From: Macrostomum hystrix
Taxonomy: Eukaryota; Animalia; Platyhelminthes
NCBI GenBank assembly: GCA_950097015.1
Contig: CATNEN010000003.1
Location: 12,958,001 to 13,022,000 of the forward strand
Direction of reading: 5' to 3'
DNA length: 64,000 bases
Position numbers and translations under genes: made by a program. The number at the start of each line of letters is the position of its first letter. The first letter of the stretch is position 1. This document shows positions 22,879-35,300 of this stretch, piece by piece. The notes beneath the pieces were generated by a model. It was not told where the DNA came from, did not search any database, and saw nothing but the letters and a program-made list of their open reading frames with translations.

Positions 22879-23419
22879 ACTCGCCGCGGACTGAAAATGC
22901 CAAAACCCTGACAGCCACGTACTGTTTTCCGTTTTCTCAATGCTGTAAAGTAATAGTCTTTAAATAATTACTGTTTTTAACTGTCTTTACTCATAGCCTA
23001 TTGGATATATATTTTTCTAAAATTTTACTATGTCAAATCTTTTATTTTCCTGTTTTATCATTGTTCCATCGGCCTTCTCTTGTCTAGCTGAAAGCGTTTT
23101 TTGTTACGTTTTTACGTAAAAAATTATGATATAAAAGCTTTTTTAGAAAGCTGTTTTGTTGCTTTTTATCTTGCTGTCCGTTTTTGCTGAAGTTTAATTA
23201 AACATATCAACCGTTTTTAACTGTTTTTCTTTTTATTCTGGTAAATAGAATAGATAGTAATAGTAGAGTAATTTTTAACGTACTTCTCAAAGTTTTCATT
23301 TGGCTGAGGCGATGCATATTTTTTAAGTTCATTTTCTTCTTTTAGAAAGATAAAGAAGACACTTCTTTTAGTAAGTCTTACTTGTCGCCCTTAATTATTC
23401 TACCCCCTGACTTCCCCAA

Positions 23420-23995
23420 CCACAGATCTTCCTCTCCCCCACATCCACTACCCCCAAATCTTCCTCTCCCCACTTCCTCTGCCCCACATCTTCCTCTCCC
23501 CCACTTCCTCTGCCCCACATCTTACTCTTCTCTCACTTCCTCTACCCCCAAATCTTCCTCTCCCCCACTTCCTCTGCCCCCACATCTTCCTTTCCCCACT
23601 TCCTCTACCCCACATCTTCCACTCCCCCACTTCCTCTGCCCCCACATATTCCTCTTCCCCACTTCCTCTACCCCACATCTTCCTCTTCCCCCACATCCTC
23701 TACCCCCAAATCTTCCTCTCCCCCCACTTCCTCTACCCCCAAATCTTCCTCTCCCTAACTTCCTCTGCCCCCACATATTCCACTCCCCCACTTCCTCTAC
23801 CCCACATCTTCCACTCCCCCACTTCCTCTACCCCACATCTTCCTCTCCCCCACTTCCTCTACCCCACATCTTCCTCTCCCCCACTTTCTCTACCCCACAT
23901 CTTACTCTCCCCCACTTCCTCTACCCCACATCTTCCTCTCCCTCACTTCCTCTGCCCCACATCTTCCTTTCCCCACTTCCCCTACCCCCAAGTCC
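23420..23995. repeat. C-rich degenerate minisatellite (CTTCCTCTACCCCACAT-like)
   Basis: Direct observation; the Pro-rich ORF over it is an artefact. Confidence 0.9.
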
Positions 23996-24384
23996 GCCTT
24001 TCCCAATTTATTCCCAGCCTTCACTGCTGTGAACTTTACTGCTGAATTATCGCTTTCTAGTTTCTCTTTGTATTGATTTTTATAAACGTGGTGCTTTAGT
24101 TTTTAATATTTAAATTTTCTTTGCATCGAAAATCATATATTAGATTCTTTGTGCTAACTAACATTTCCAAGTTTTTGGTATTTTAGTTATTTTTAATGCT
24201 AAGATAATCTGATTAAGTTACTTGGTTTTGTGTTCTTTGCGGTGACTGTTTCTTTATCGTAAAATATATATCTGAATCTTCAGATGATATCTTTTCGTGG
24301 CTGACTTTTCTTCACTTATTTACCGAAACTAAGTATTTTGTTTCTAGTGCAAACTAAACGATCTCATTCTTCCGTTCTATACAT

Positions 24385-25030
24385 TCACCTGTCTGAGGTA
24401 TTCATCTGTTATAGATGTTCACCTGTTCTAGTTATTCACCTTTTCTAGTTTTTCACCTGTTCTAGTTATTCACCTGTTCTAGTTATTCACCTTTTCTAGT
24501 TTTTCACCTGTTCTAGTTATTCACCTGTTCTAGTTATTCACCTGTTCTAGTTATTCACCTGTTCTAGTTATTCACCTGTTCTAGTATTCACCTGTTCTAG
24601 TTATTCACCTGTTCTAGTTATTCACCTGTTCTAGTTATTCACCTGTTCTAGTATTCACCTGTTCTAGTTATTCACCTGTTCTAGTTATTCACCTTTTCTA
24701 GTTTTTCACCTGTTCTAGTTATTCACCTGTTCTAGTTATTCACATTTTCTAGTTATTCACCTGTTCTAGTTATTCACCTGTTCTAGTATTCACCTGTTCT
24801 AGTTATTCACCTGTTCTAGTTATTCACCTTTTCTAGTTTTTCACATGTTCTAGTTATCACATGTTCTAGTTATTCACCTGTTCTAGTTATTCACATGTTC
24901 TAGTTTTTCACATGTTCTAGTTATCACATGTTCTAGTTATTCACCTGTTCTAGTTATTCACCTGTTCTAGTTATTCACCTGTTCTAGTTATTCACCTGTT
25001 CTAGTTATTCACCTGTCCTAGAGTTTCACC
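24385..25030. repeat. 17-bp minisatellite (TTATTCACCTGTTCTAG)n
   Basis: Tandem copies. Confidence 0.93.
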
Positions 25031-25160
25031 TTTTATTAAAATAAACTATTTTAGCTATTCACCTGTTGTAGATATTCATCAGTCCTAGATATTCACATAT
25101 TTCTTTATTTTTCTTTGTTAAACCGTGTCTAAAAAGTTTTTAAAAAATAATATCTTTCAG

Positions 25161-25192
25161 GATCAGCCAGGCAATCAGGAACAAGAGCTGCA

Positions 25193-25235
<43 letters not shown>

Positions 25236-25700
25236 GTGCAGCAGTCCACACCTAGGCGTGGTCGAATCGAGCTTACCCTTCGCTATAGCCGTCCTCGCCA
25301 GTGCCTCGTGATCGCCTGTCATCGAGCCGAGCTTCTACCTCCGTCACCTGTCAATCAACAATTAAGAAAATTGTCTGCATCAAGCCAGTGTTTGAATCCG
25401 TACGCCAAGCTGCACGTTGAGACCTACTCTGGCCAATCGGGCACCGCGACTATTTGCAAGCAAAAGTGCAAACGCACTAATACAATGCGATCTACATCTA
25501 AGCCGGTGTTTGACGAGTCATTCGATTTTCCATTAAACGAATTGGATTTGGAGCGTAGCGTACTCTTTGTTAGCGTGCTGCATCGCAGGTTAAAGAGGCG
25601 CGGACCCAATCGTGGCTTGCCGCTCGGATTGGCCAGGATTGCTTTGGCCAATTTCTCGCACAATAGTACAGCCTGGTATGAATTGGATGCCGCCAATTGA
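25161..25700 (+). CDS. Paralogous ESYT C2C-type exon (polyQ + single C2 domain, 179 codons); alternative last exon or separate trans-spliced gene
   Basis: Acceptor TATCTTTCAG at 25160. GRIELTLRYSRPRQCLVIACHRAEL and TMRSTSKPVFDESFDFPLNE closely parallel ESYT exon 7. AATAAA at 25811. No upstream in-frame ATG. Confidence 0.8.
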
Positions 25701-25909
25701 CCCTCTGATTGGTCCTACAGCAATTTTGTTTTTAATTATATGCTGCTACTAACAGTAGAGTAGTGTAACTGAAATGTTTGACGAGGGTGAGGATATTTCT
25801 GTTGCCCTAGAATAAACTCGATTATAGATGTGAGATTTGGCGACGGTGATGTGGAAATTAATAGGTAATATCCAGAAAGAGAATCAAAGGATGAGATTCT
25901 ATGAATCTA

Positions 25910-26575
25910 TGAATAGGGTGAGATATAAAAAGGGGGTTAGAGTGTAAGATCTAAGGGTCTATGGGTGAGATTCTAAAGGAGTCTAAGAGTGAGTTTTCAG
26001 CGGAGTCTAAGGATGAGATTCGAAAGTAGCCTAAGGGTGAGATTCTAATGTTATCTAAGGGTGAGATTCTAAAGGAGTCTAAGGATGAGATTCAAAAGTA
26101 GCCTAAGGGTGAGATTCTAATGTTATCTAAGGGTGAGATTCTAAAGGAGTCTAAGGGTGAGATTCTAATGTTATCTTAGGGTAAGATTCTAAAGGAGTCT
26201 AAGGGTGAGATTCTAAAGGAGTCTACGGGTAAGATTCTAATGTTGTCTAAGGGTGAGATTCTACTGTAGTCTTAGGGTGAGATTCTAACGTAGTCTAAGG
26301 GTGAGATTCTAAAGGTGTCTAAAGGTGAGATTCTAATGTAGTCTTAGGATGAGATTCTAAAGTAGCCTAAGGGTGAGAGTCTAAAGGAGTCTAAGGGTGA
26401 GAGTCTAAAGGAGTCTAAGGGTGAGAGTCTAAAGGAGTCTAAGGGTGAGATTCTAAAGTAGCCTAAGGGTGAGAGTCTAAAGGAGTTTAAGGGTGAGATT
26501 CTAAAGGAGTCTAAGGGTGAGATTCTAAAGGAGTCTAAGGGTGAGGTTCTAATGTTGTCCAGGGGTGAGATCTTG
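25910..26575. repeat. 24-bp minisatellite (CTAAGGGTGAGATTCTAAAGGAGT)n
   Basis: Tandem copies with degenerate edges. Confidence 0.9.
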
Positions 26576-27348
26576 CAGGTGAGTCAGTAGGTTAGTAATT
26601 AGGAGTGTCAGAAACTTTCAAAGCTCAAATTCATTCTTTGAAAATGCAGTGCGTAAATACAAAAGCATATAAACATTTACGTATACTAATTTTTACCCTG
26701 AACTTTAGTCTAGTCTCTTTGCTAGATTAAAATAAGCCAAAATGATGTGAAATTGAAGATACATTATTTTCTATAATTTTCAGATTGTTTTTAATTCATA
26801 TTTTAATTGCTTTTTTTACGTTTGATATGCACTCGTTGCTACTGATTAAGTAGACGAACTGCGTCGAGTCAGTAGATTTTGTGCTTTTCTTTTAAATTAA
26901 AGCTCGCCTTGTCAGTCTTTTATTGTAAAAATCGGCATTTCGCAATTCGATTGTTTCATTAGAAATAATATTTTACTTATCGATGTTTAATTGAAAAGTT
27001 TATAATGACAGGTTCTATCTTGTGCAATGTTAGTTCATTCTACGATGATGTAAATTATACTACTTACAATACGTTTTCCGCGTTTCTGTCTTTACAAATT
27101 GAAATCAATTTTTTGATTAGTATATTGTCCAATCAAGTATTCTGATTCTTTATTGCCTTCTGCGTGCGTATAATAATCAGTGTTAGACCGTGTGAACAGT
27201 GATCTTAACAATGTTATTAACTTATTCATAAAAAAGTTAAAGTATACATTAGTGAGCTTTCTATCATTTAAACTGTACTGTGTATAGTCTTTAACCTCAA
27301 TTGTTCAATTGTCAGTTTGTGCCTGACTAGTGTTCAGTCACAGTATAA

Positions 27349-29195
27349 CTAGCCCCTGTCTAACAGGTTTTAGTCCTTGTCTAACAGGTTCTAGCCCCTG
27401 TCTAACAGGTTTTAGTCCTTGTCTAACAGTTTATAGTCCTTGTCTAACAGGTTCTAGCCCCTGTCTAACAGGTTTTAGTCCTTGTCTAACAGTTTATAGT
27501 CCTTGTCTAACAGGTTCTAGTCCTTGTCTAACAGTTTATAGTCCTTGTCTAACAGGTTCTAGTCCTTGTCTAACAGTTTATAGTCCTTGTCTAACAGTTT
27601 ATAGTCCTTGTCTAACAGGTTCTAGTCCTTGTCTAACAGTTTATAGTCCTTGTCTAACAGGTTCTAGTCCTTGTCTAACAGGTTCTAGTCCTTGTCTAAC
27701 AGGCTCTAGTCCTTGTCTAACAGTTAATAGTCCTTGTCTAACAGGTTCTAGTCCTTGTCTAACAGTTTATAGTCCTTGTCTAACAGGCTCTAGTCCTTGT
27801 CTAACAGTTTATAGTCCTTGTCTAACAGATTCTAGTCCCTGTCTAACAGGTTCTAGTCCCTGTCTAACAGATTCTAGTCCCTGTCTAACAGGTTCTAGTC
27901 CATGTCTAACAGGTTCTAGTCAAAGTCTAACAGTTTATAATCCTTGTCTAACAGTTTTAAATCCTTCTCAAACAGGTTCTCATCCATGTCTAACAGGTTC
28001 TAGTCCTTATCTAACCGATTCTAATCCCTGTCTAACATGTTCTAGTCCTTGTCTAACAGATTCTAGTCCCTGTCTAACATGTTCTAGTCCTTGTCTAACA
28101 GATTCTAGTCCCTGTCTAACAGGTTCTAGTCCTTGTCTAACAGTTTATAATTCTTGTTTAACAGGTTCTAGTCTCTGTCTAACAGGTTCTAGTCCTTGTC
28201 TAACAGATTCTAATCCCTGTCTAACAGGTTCTAGTCCTTGTCTAACAGGTTCTAGTCCCTGTCTAACAGGTTCTAGTCCCTGTCTAACAGGTTCTAGTCC
28301 CTGTCTAACAGGTTCTAATCCCTGTCTAACAGGTTCTAGTCCCTGTCTAACAGGTTCTAGTCCTTGTCTAACAGGTTCTAGTCCTTGTCTAACAGATTCT
28401 AGTCCCTGTCTAACAGGTTCTAGTCCTTGTCAAAAATGTTCTAATCCCTGTCTAACAGGTTCTAATCCTGGTTTAACAGATTCTAGTCCCTGTCTAACAG
28501 GTTCTAGTCCTTGTCAAAAATGTTCTAATCCCTGTCTAACAGGTTCTAATCCTGTTTTAACAGGTTCTAGTCCTTGTCTAACAGGTTCTAGTCCTTGTCT
28601 AACAGTTTATAATTCTTGTTTAACAGGTTCTAGTCCCTGTCTAACAGGTTCTAGTCCTTGTCAAACAGGTTCTAGTCAATGTCTAACAGGTTCTAGTCCC
28701 TGTCTAACAGGTTCTAGTCCCTGTCTAACAGGTTCTAATCCCTGTCTAACAGGTTCTAGTCCCTGTCTAACAGGTTCTAGTCCTTGTCTAACAGGTTCTA
28801 GTCCTTGTCTAACAGATTCTAGTCCCTGTCTAACAGGTTCTAGTCCTTGTCAAAAATGTTCTAATCCCTGTCTAACAGGTTCTAATCCTGGTTTAACAGA
28901 TTCTAGTCCCTGTCTAACAGGTTCTAGTCCTTGTCAAAAATGTTCTAATCCCTGTCTAACAGGTTCTAATCCTGTTTTAACAGATTCTAGTCCTTGTCTA
29001 ACAGGTTCTAGTCCTTGTCTAACAGTTTATAATTCTTGTTTAACAGGTTCTAGTCCTTGTCTATCAGGTTCTAGTCCTTGTCTAACAGATTCTAGTCCCT
29101 GTCTAACAGGTTCTAGTCCTTGTCAAACAGGTTCTAGTCAATGTCTAACAGGTTCTAGTCCTTGTCAAACAGGTTCTAGTCAATGTCTAACAGGC
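27349..29195. repeat. 21-bp minisatellite (CTAGTCCTTGTCTAACAGGTT)n with an internal ~420-bp higher-order duplication
   Basis: Period 21; variant block at ~28260-28680 recurs at ~28680-29100. Confidence 0.95.
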
Positions 29196-29344
29196 TATAC
29201 CTCGTCCAAGAAGAAATATTTCTTGTCAGGCTCCAGTCTTGTTTAATCATGAAACTAGTTACTAGGCTGAGTCGACAGCACCTGAAATAACACGAATACG
29301 AATTCCAGCTTTGAACACAAATCTTGAGCTACGCCAAATGAACC

Positions 29345-32300
29345 ATGGACATCAAGCAGCTACGCCAGCTAGAATTTCCCCAACTAAGCGACTATGTCTA
29401 TCTGGATCACGCTGGAGCTACGCTCTATTCGGAGCGTCAGTTGACCAGAGTGATGCAGGAGCTGCAGGGCGGCATGTACGGCAATCCGCACACACAGGTT
29501 AGTCTAATTTGCATATTTGAACTTTTTCTATACATATCGGCTTATCGTAGTTCTTATAACGAAAAAAATTACTTGCACTAGCTAAATGAACAAAAATAAA
29601 AACTTGCATTTGTTAGTCCTATTTTCTCTGCTTTGCAATGCTTCACGAAAGTTTTGAATGGTAAATTTCCTTTAACAAGTGGTTGCTGTTTTGTATTTTC
29701 GATACATATCGGCTAGCACAAGCCGATCTTCAAAATTATTTTAATTGACAAAATGCAGTGTTTGCATAAGCTTTCTTGTGATGAATCGAAGGTTAGCCGA
29801 TATGTTTAGAAATTCTGGTATTTCAAGCGGATAGTAACATTTTTCTGTGGCGTTTTGTCATTTAAAATTGTACTAGCTTTTTTTTGCCCGTTGTTTTTGG
29901 GGCAGAAATTTAAAGCAAAGCAGTAAGCAATTCACGTCTCTGTATTAACTTTATAGTGAAGGTCACCATTTATTTATTTACTGCATTAATGAAAAGTGAA
30001 GAGTTTGTTTAAGTGCGTTTTAAGTAAAAAATAAGTGAAAAGTTTGTCCAAACAGCCCCCTCTTGATTACTTCTTTAGAAACATGTCTCTTAGCCACTCC
30101 TCTATACAGTCAGTGGCAGATCCAGGAAGCTTCCTTCTCGGACCATTAGCCTAAAGGCATAGAAGTCCATTGCTGACACATTCTTTGTCGCCGATGGGTT
30201 TCCAGTGCGAATGTCAATTTGCCTGATGTTGATGTGGTACCCATCCTCTCCGTCCCAGAAAATAAGCGGATACTGCAATGTATCATAGGCTTTGTGCAGC
30301 TCAGAAATCCTTTGCAACTGATTGCTTCGCAGCTGCAGAACAATGTCTCGCTTCTCAAATTCCTGCCCAACAATTTGAATTGCGACATCGTTAACAACTG
30401 GTGCGTTATATCTCCTCTCATGCTGGCCTGCAGGCCGTTTATCAGCACGAATGACTACTCTGTGCTCCTCTGTGTCCCGTGGCAACCTCTCCATGGCAGT
30501 TTTAAATTGACGAACATAATTATTTTTCTCGTGCAGGACTTCCTGTAACTCAAATACAATGTTGGCACGCACTCCTGGAGCGATTCTACATCGGCGCTCA
30601 ACCTGCTCTTGATGATCTCCCATGAAGTAGATCTGCTGGAACTTTGGCTCCTCTCCAGGCAGTGGTAGCAATGATCCTGTCATGGTACACCTGACCTTGG
30701 ACTTTGAATGCAGGCATGAACCCTGGCTCACGGACAATACTTTTAGCTCCAAAAGAAGTCATTTGAAAGCAGCTGTTGTAGCACCGGATATTAGACAGAA
30801 AGTGCTCAGATTCTTCTGTCTCACCCAGCAACAGATGCCGAAGGCATGGTGGCAGGTTCTCGTTCAAAGGTTCAAGTATGACCTTTCCGTTGGAACAGCA
30901 CATGCCTGGAGTTTCGTTGGCCCATCTTAATGCATTGCAGCGTGCGCATTTGACCAACATTCTCGCCATCGCAAGTTTAGGATGGACACCATAGACAACA
31001 GTGGGATCATAACTCAGAGCCGCATTCAGTGCCCAAGGACGTGGGCCAGCTGGCTGATCAGGTTCGTCAACGTTGGGGTTTGTTGGGGCCGGGGGTGGTC
31101 CAACAAATTGGAAGGTCTCAGCGCGTTCCCTATGCCGCTCTCGATCATCCTGCCGACGCACTTCAGCCTGGTTGGCTGTTTCATTGCGACGGGCCTCGGC
31201 AGTCCGGTCTCTGTTCTGTTCTTGGCGCTGCTGTGTCTGGACTGCAGTCTCATTGCGACGGGCCTCGGCAGTCCGGTCTCTGTTCTGTTCTTGGCGCTGC
31301 TGTGTCTGGACTGCAGTCTCATTGCGACGGGCCTCGGCAGTCCGGTCTCTGTTCTGTTCTTGGCGCTGCTGTGTCTGGACTGCAGTCTCATTGCGACGGG
31401 CCTCGGCAGTCCGGTCTCTGTTCTGTTCTTGGCGCTGCTGTGTCTGGACTGCAGTCTCATTGCGACGGGCCTCGGCAGTCCGGTCTCTGTTCTGTTCTTG
31501 GCGCTGCTGTGTCTGGACTGCAGTCTCATTGCGACGGGCCTCGGCAGTCCGGTCTCTGTTCTGTTCTTGGCGCTGCTGTGTCTGGACTGCAGTCTCATTG
31601 CGACGGGCCTCGGCAGTCCGGTCTCTGTTCTGTTCTTGGCGCTGCTGTGTCTGGACTGCAGTCTCATTGCGACGGGCCTCGGCAGTTCGCTCTCTGTTAA
31701 GCTCTCGTCGCCTATCTACGTCTCTGCCGTGACTGGCTGTAGAACTTATTGCAGCTCCAGCACTGCTTCCACTGGTGCCTGATGTCTGTGCTCTTGTCCG
31801 AGGTCGAAGGTTATAGGGCTGGACTGGCTCAGCTTCATTTTCACTTGAAGCTGCTTGTGGCTGTGCTGAGGTGCTTGGTCTAGGTACTGCTGTTGTTGCG
31901 CCGTCTTCTACTGCATCGTTTGGCCTTGCTGTTGCTCGTCGAGCTGCTTTAGTCAAGCGACTTAAAAAACTTTTCTTAGGTGGCATCTGATTCTGAAAGT
32001 TAGAAGTAGTCCGAATGACAGGGGACCTGTGTTGAAAAATCTTTCTCTTATCTTCAGTGGGAAAGGCTAAGCCTCTATTTTAGCAAAGCACTGTACGCCA
32101 GCCTCTCTCTTTCTTCTATCCCAGGCTGGCTGTAGAGAAATATCGACTGGAGAGACAGTCTAGGGGTTTGGGCTGTGTACATTCACGGCTTGAAATACAA
32201 TGTACAGTCTGGGGCTTCGGCGCCCGGGGAAGGGAGGGGGTGGCTGTAATAAAATTTGGCCCGCAGAGTGGCGGAGGGGAGTTGGGGTGGCTGTCTTCGG

Positions 32301-35300
32301 AAAACAAAAAGTGACTCACTTTGAGATGATGCAGCTTTGCTCTGGATTGAGTAGAGATGTTCAAAATTGACAGCATTATTGGAAAACATGTAAAGTGTAA
32401 GTGGATCAAATTTGGAGAAAATCTGACAAAGTGGGGCGACGATATGTCGAATTGAGTGATTTTTTGACGATTTTTGAGCAGTTTTTTGCACTTTTGAGCA
32501 GGAAGGAAATGATTTTTCGGGAATTTGAGTAGCCTATTGCACTCAGCGTAGGTGGTTTTAGGTATGTGCAAAGTTTGGTGCGATTTGGTTGAGCGGTTTC
32601 GGCGTCTATAAAGACAAAAGGTTGCACACACACACACACACACACACACAGACAGACAGACAGACAGAGTTTTCACTTTTATATATATAGATATATTTCG
32701 CTACATATCGGCTAACTTAGAACCTCTAATATTATAGGCTCGCAAGAGTGCCAACACTAGTCGCCTTGTTGAGGAGGCGCGCAATTCAATTCTGCGCCAC
32801 TTCAACACCAACAATCAGCAGCACGCTGTTGTATTCACATCAGGCGCCACGGCGGCTATCAAACTACTAGCTGAGTGTTTCTCACCTGAGGGCGACTCTA
32901 ATTCTTTCTACTTTCTCAGAGATTCGCACACTTCCATTGTTGGCATGCGCGAATCGCTTAGACAGCGCGGTTTCAACATAAAATGCTGCCAATCTGAAAC
33001 TGAATTTGAAGAATTCGCAAATAGTGCTACTGATAGTAGTGTTCGTCAGAATAAATTGTTCGCCTTCCCGGCTCAGTGTAATTTCTCCGGCAGGAAGCTG
33101 GATTTGGGACTCATTGAACGCTTGAAACTGCGCAATAAATCTGTCTACGTACTACTGGATGCCGCCTCATTTGCCGCCACTAATCCTTTGGATTTAACAG
33201 CCTGCACGGCGGACTTCGTTTGTCTATCGTTCTACAAGATGTTCGGCTATCCCACTGGCCTAGGTGCACTCATTGTGCGGCTAGATAGTGCGGCCAGCGG
33301 TGTGCTTAAGAAGGCCTACTTCGGCGGTGGAACTGTTCAAGTGAGTGTGGATTATCGGCTTCTATCTAGTTTTGATCTAAAATCGCTGGTCTTCTGATAA
33401 GAATTACCATTTTCTAATGTCGACGTGTCTTTAACTGGTATCAAAGTGCCATTTTCTTATCGGTAATTGCTGTTTTATGATCAAGAGGTGCCATTTTCTG
33501 ATCAAGAAGTGCCATTTTCTAATCAAATAAGTGCCATTTTCTAATCAAATAAGTGCCATTTTCTAATAAAAAGTGCCATTTTCTGATCAAGAAGTGTAAT
33601 TTTCTAATCAAATAAGTGGCATTTTCTAATCAAATAAGTGCAATTTTCTAATCAAATAAGTGCCATTTTCTAATCAAATGAGTGCCATTTTCTGATCAAT
33701 AAGTGGCATTTTCTACTCAAATAAGTGGCATTTTCTAATCAAATAAGTGCCATTTTCTAATCAAATAAGTGCCATTTTCTAATCAAATAAGTGCCATTTC
33801 TAATCAAATAAGTGCCATTTTCTAATCAAAAAGTGCTTTTTTTGACAGGAGTTCCACTTAATATTTTAATTAAATGCCATATTCCGATATACATGTATAC
33901 ATGCAGATGTGCCATTTTCTGATTTAATAGTGCCATCGAAATAAAATCAAGTTTCTGCCTAATGCCTTACTAACTTTCAATCGCAGGCAGTTGTTCCCGC
34001 TGGCGCATTTGTTCAACAATCGCCCGATCTGGCTGGCTACTTGGAAGATGGCACTCTCAATTATCTGGGCGTCATCGCATTGCGACACGGCTTCTGGGCC
34101 CTGGAACAACTGGGCGGCGGAATGCAACGCATCAGCGAGCGAGTGTTTCACCTGGCCCAGTACCTAGTTAGCGGGTTGAGCAAACTGAGACACGCTGATG
34201 GCAAGCCTGTTTGTCAGTTCTATACGGACAACGATTATACTGAGCTGTCTAGGCAGGGCGGCATTGTCGCTTTTAATCTGATTCGTAGCGACAGCTCATT
34301 TGTTGGCTATTCGGATTTGAGCTCACGGGCTGAGAATTATAAAATCCAGGTAAGCTTGTCTATGGGATCTGAGTGGTTATCTGCCAGTTAATCCACAAGT
34401 TAATCTCCTCTATGGAATCTGAGCGTTAATCTTTATGTTAATCTCCTCTGTGGAATCTGAGCGTTAATCTTTATGTTAATCTCCTCTATGGAATCTGAGC
34501 GTTAATCTTTATGTTAATCTCCTCTATGGAATCTGAGCGTTAATCTTTATGTTAATCTCCTCTATGGAATCTGAGCGTTAATCTTTATGTTAATCTCCTC
34601 TATGGAATCTGAGCGTTAATCTTTATGTTAATCTCCTCTATGGAATCTGTGCGTTAATCTGTATGTTAATCTCCTCTATGGAATCTGAGCGTTAATCTGT
34701 ATGTTAATCTCCTCTATGGAATCTGAGCGTTAATCTGTATGTTAATCTCCTCTATGGAATCTGAGCGTTAATCTGTATGTTAATCTCCTCTATAGAATCT
34801 GAGCGTTAATCTCCAAGTTAATCCCCAAGTTAATCTCCTCTATGGAATCTGAGCGTTAATCTCCAAGTTAATCCCCAAGTTAATCTCCTCTATGAAATCT
34901 GAGCGTTAATCTCCAAGTTAATCCCCAAGTTAATCTCCTCTATGGAATCTGAGCGTTAATCTCCAAGTTAATCCCCAAGTTAATCTCCTCTATGAAATCT
35001 GAGCGTTAATCTGTATGTTAATCTCCTCTATGGAATCTGAGCGTTAATCTCCAAGTTAATCCCCAAGTTAATCTCCTCTATGGAATCTGAGCGTTAATCT
35101 CCAAGTTAATCCCCAAGTTAATCTCCTGTATGAAATCTGAGCGTTAATCTGTATGTTAATCTCCTCTATGGAATCTGAGCGTTAATCTCCAAGTTAATCC
35201 CCAAGTTAATCTCCTCTATGGAATCTGAGCGTTAATCTCCAAGTTAATCCCCAAGTTAATCTCCTCTATGGAATCTGAGCGTTAATCTCCAAGTTAATCC

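Larger units (their letters stand above)
29873..32691 (-). mobile_element. Internally deleted Helitron in MOCOS intron 1 (2819 bp, both termini present)
   Basis: 5' A|TCTATATATATAAAAGTGAAAA followed by a TCTG/TG microsatellite; 3' GCCCC..CGGGC hairpin then CTAG|T; A|T target, no TSD. Confidence 0.9.

Noticed and set aside
27330-29246. 638-aa SPCLTGS-repeat ORF
   Set aside because: Translation of a 21-bp minisatellite with a stop-free frame; GTG start, no unique domain. The same applies to other repeat ORFs (5225-6080, 38456-39088, 55536-57512, 59500-60244).
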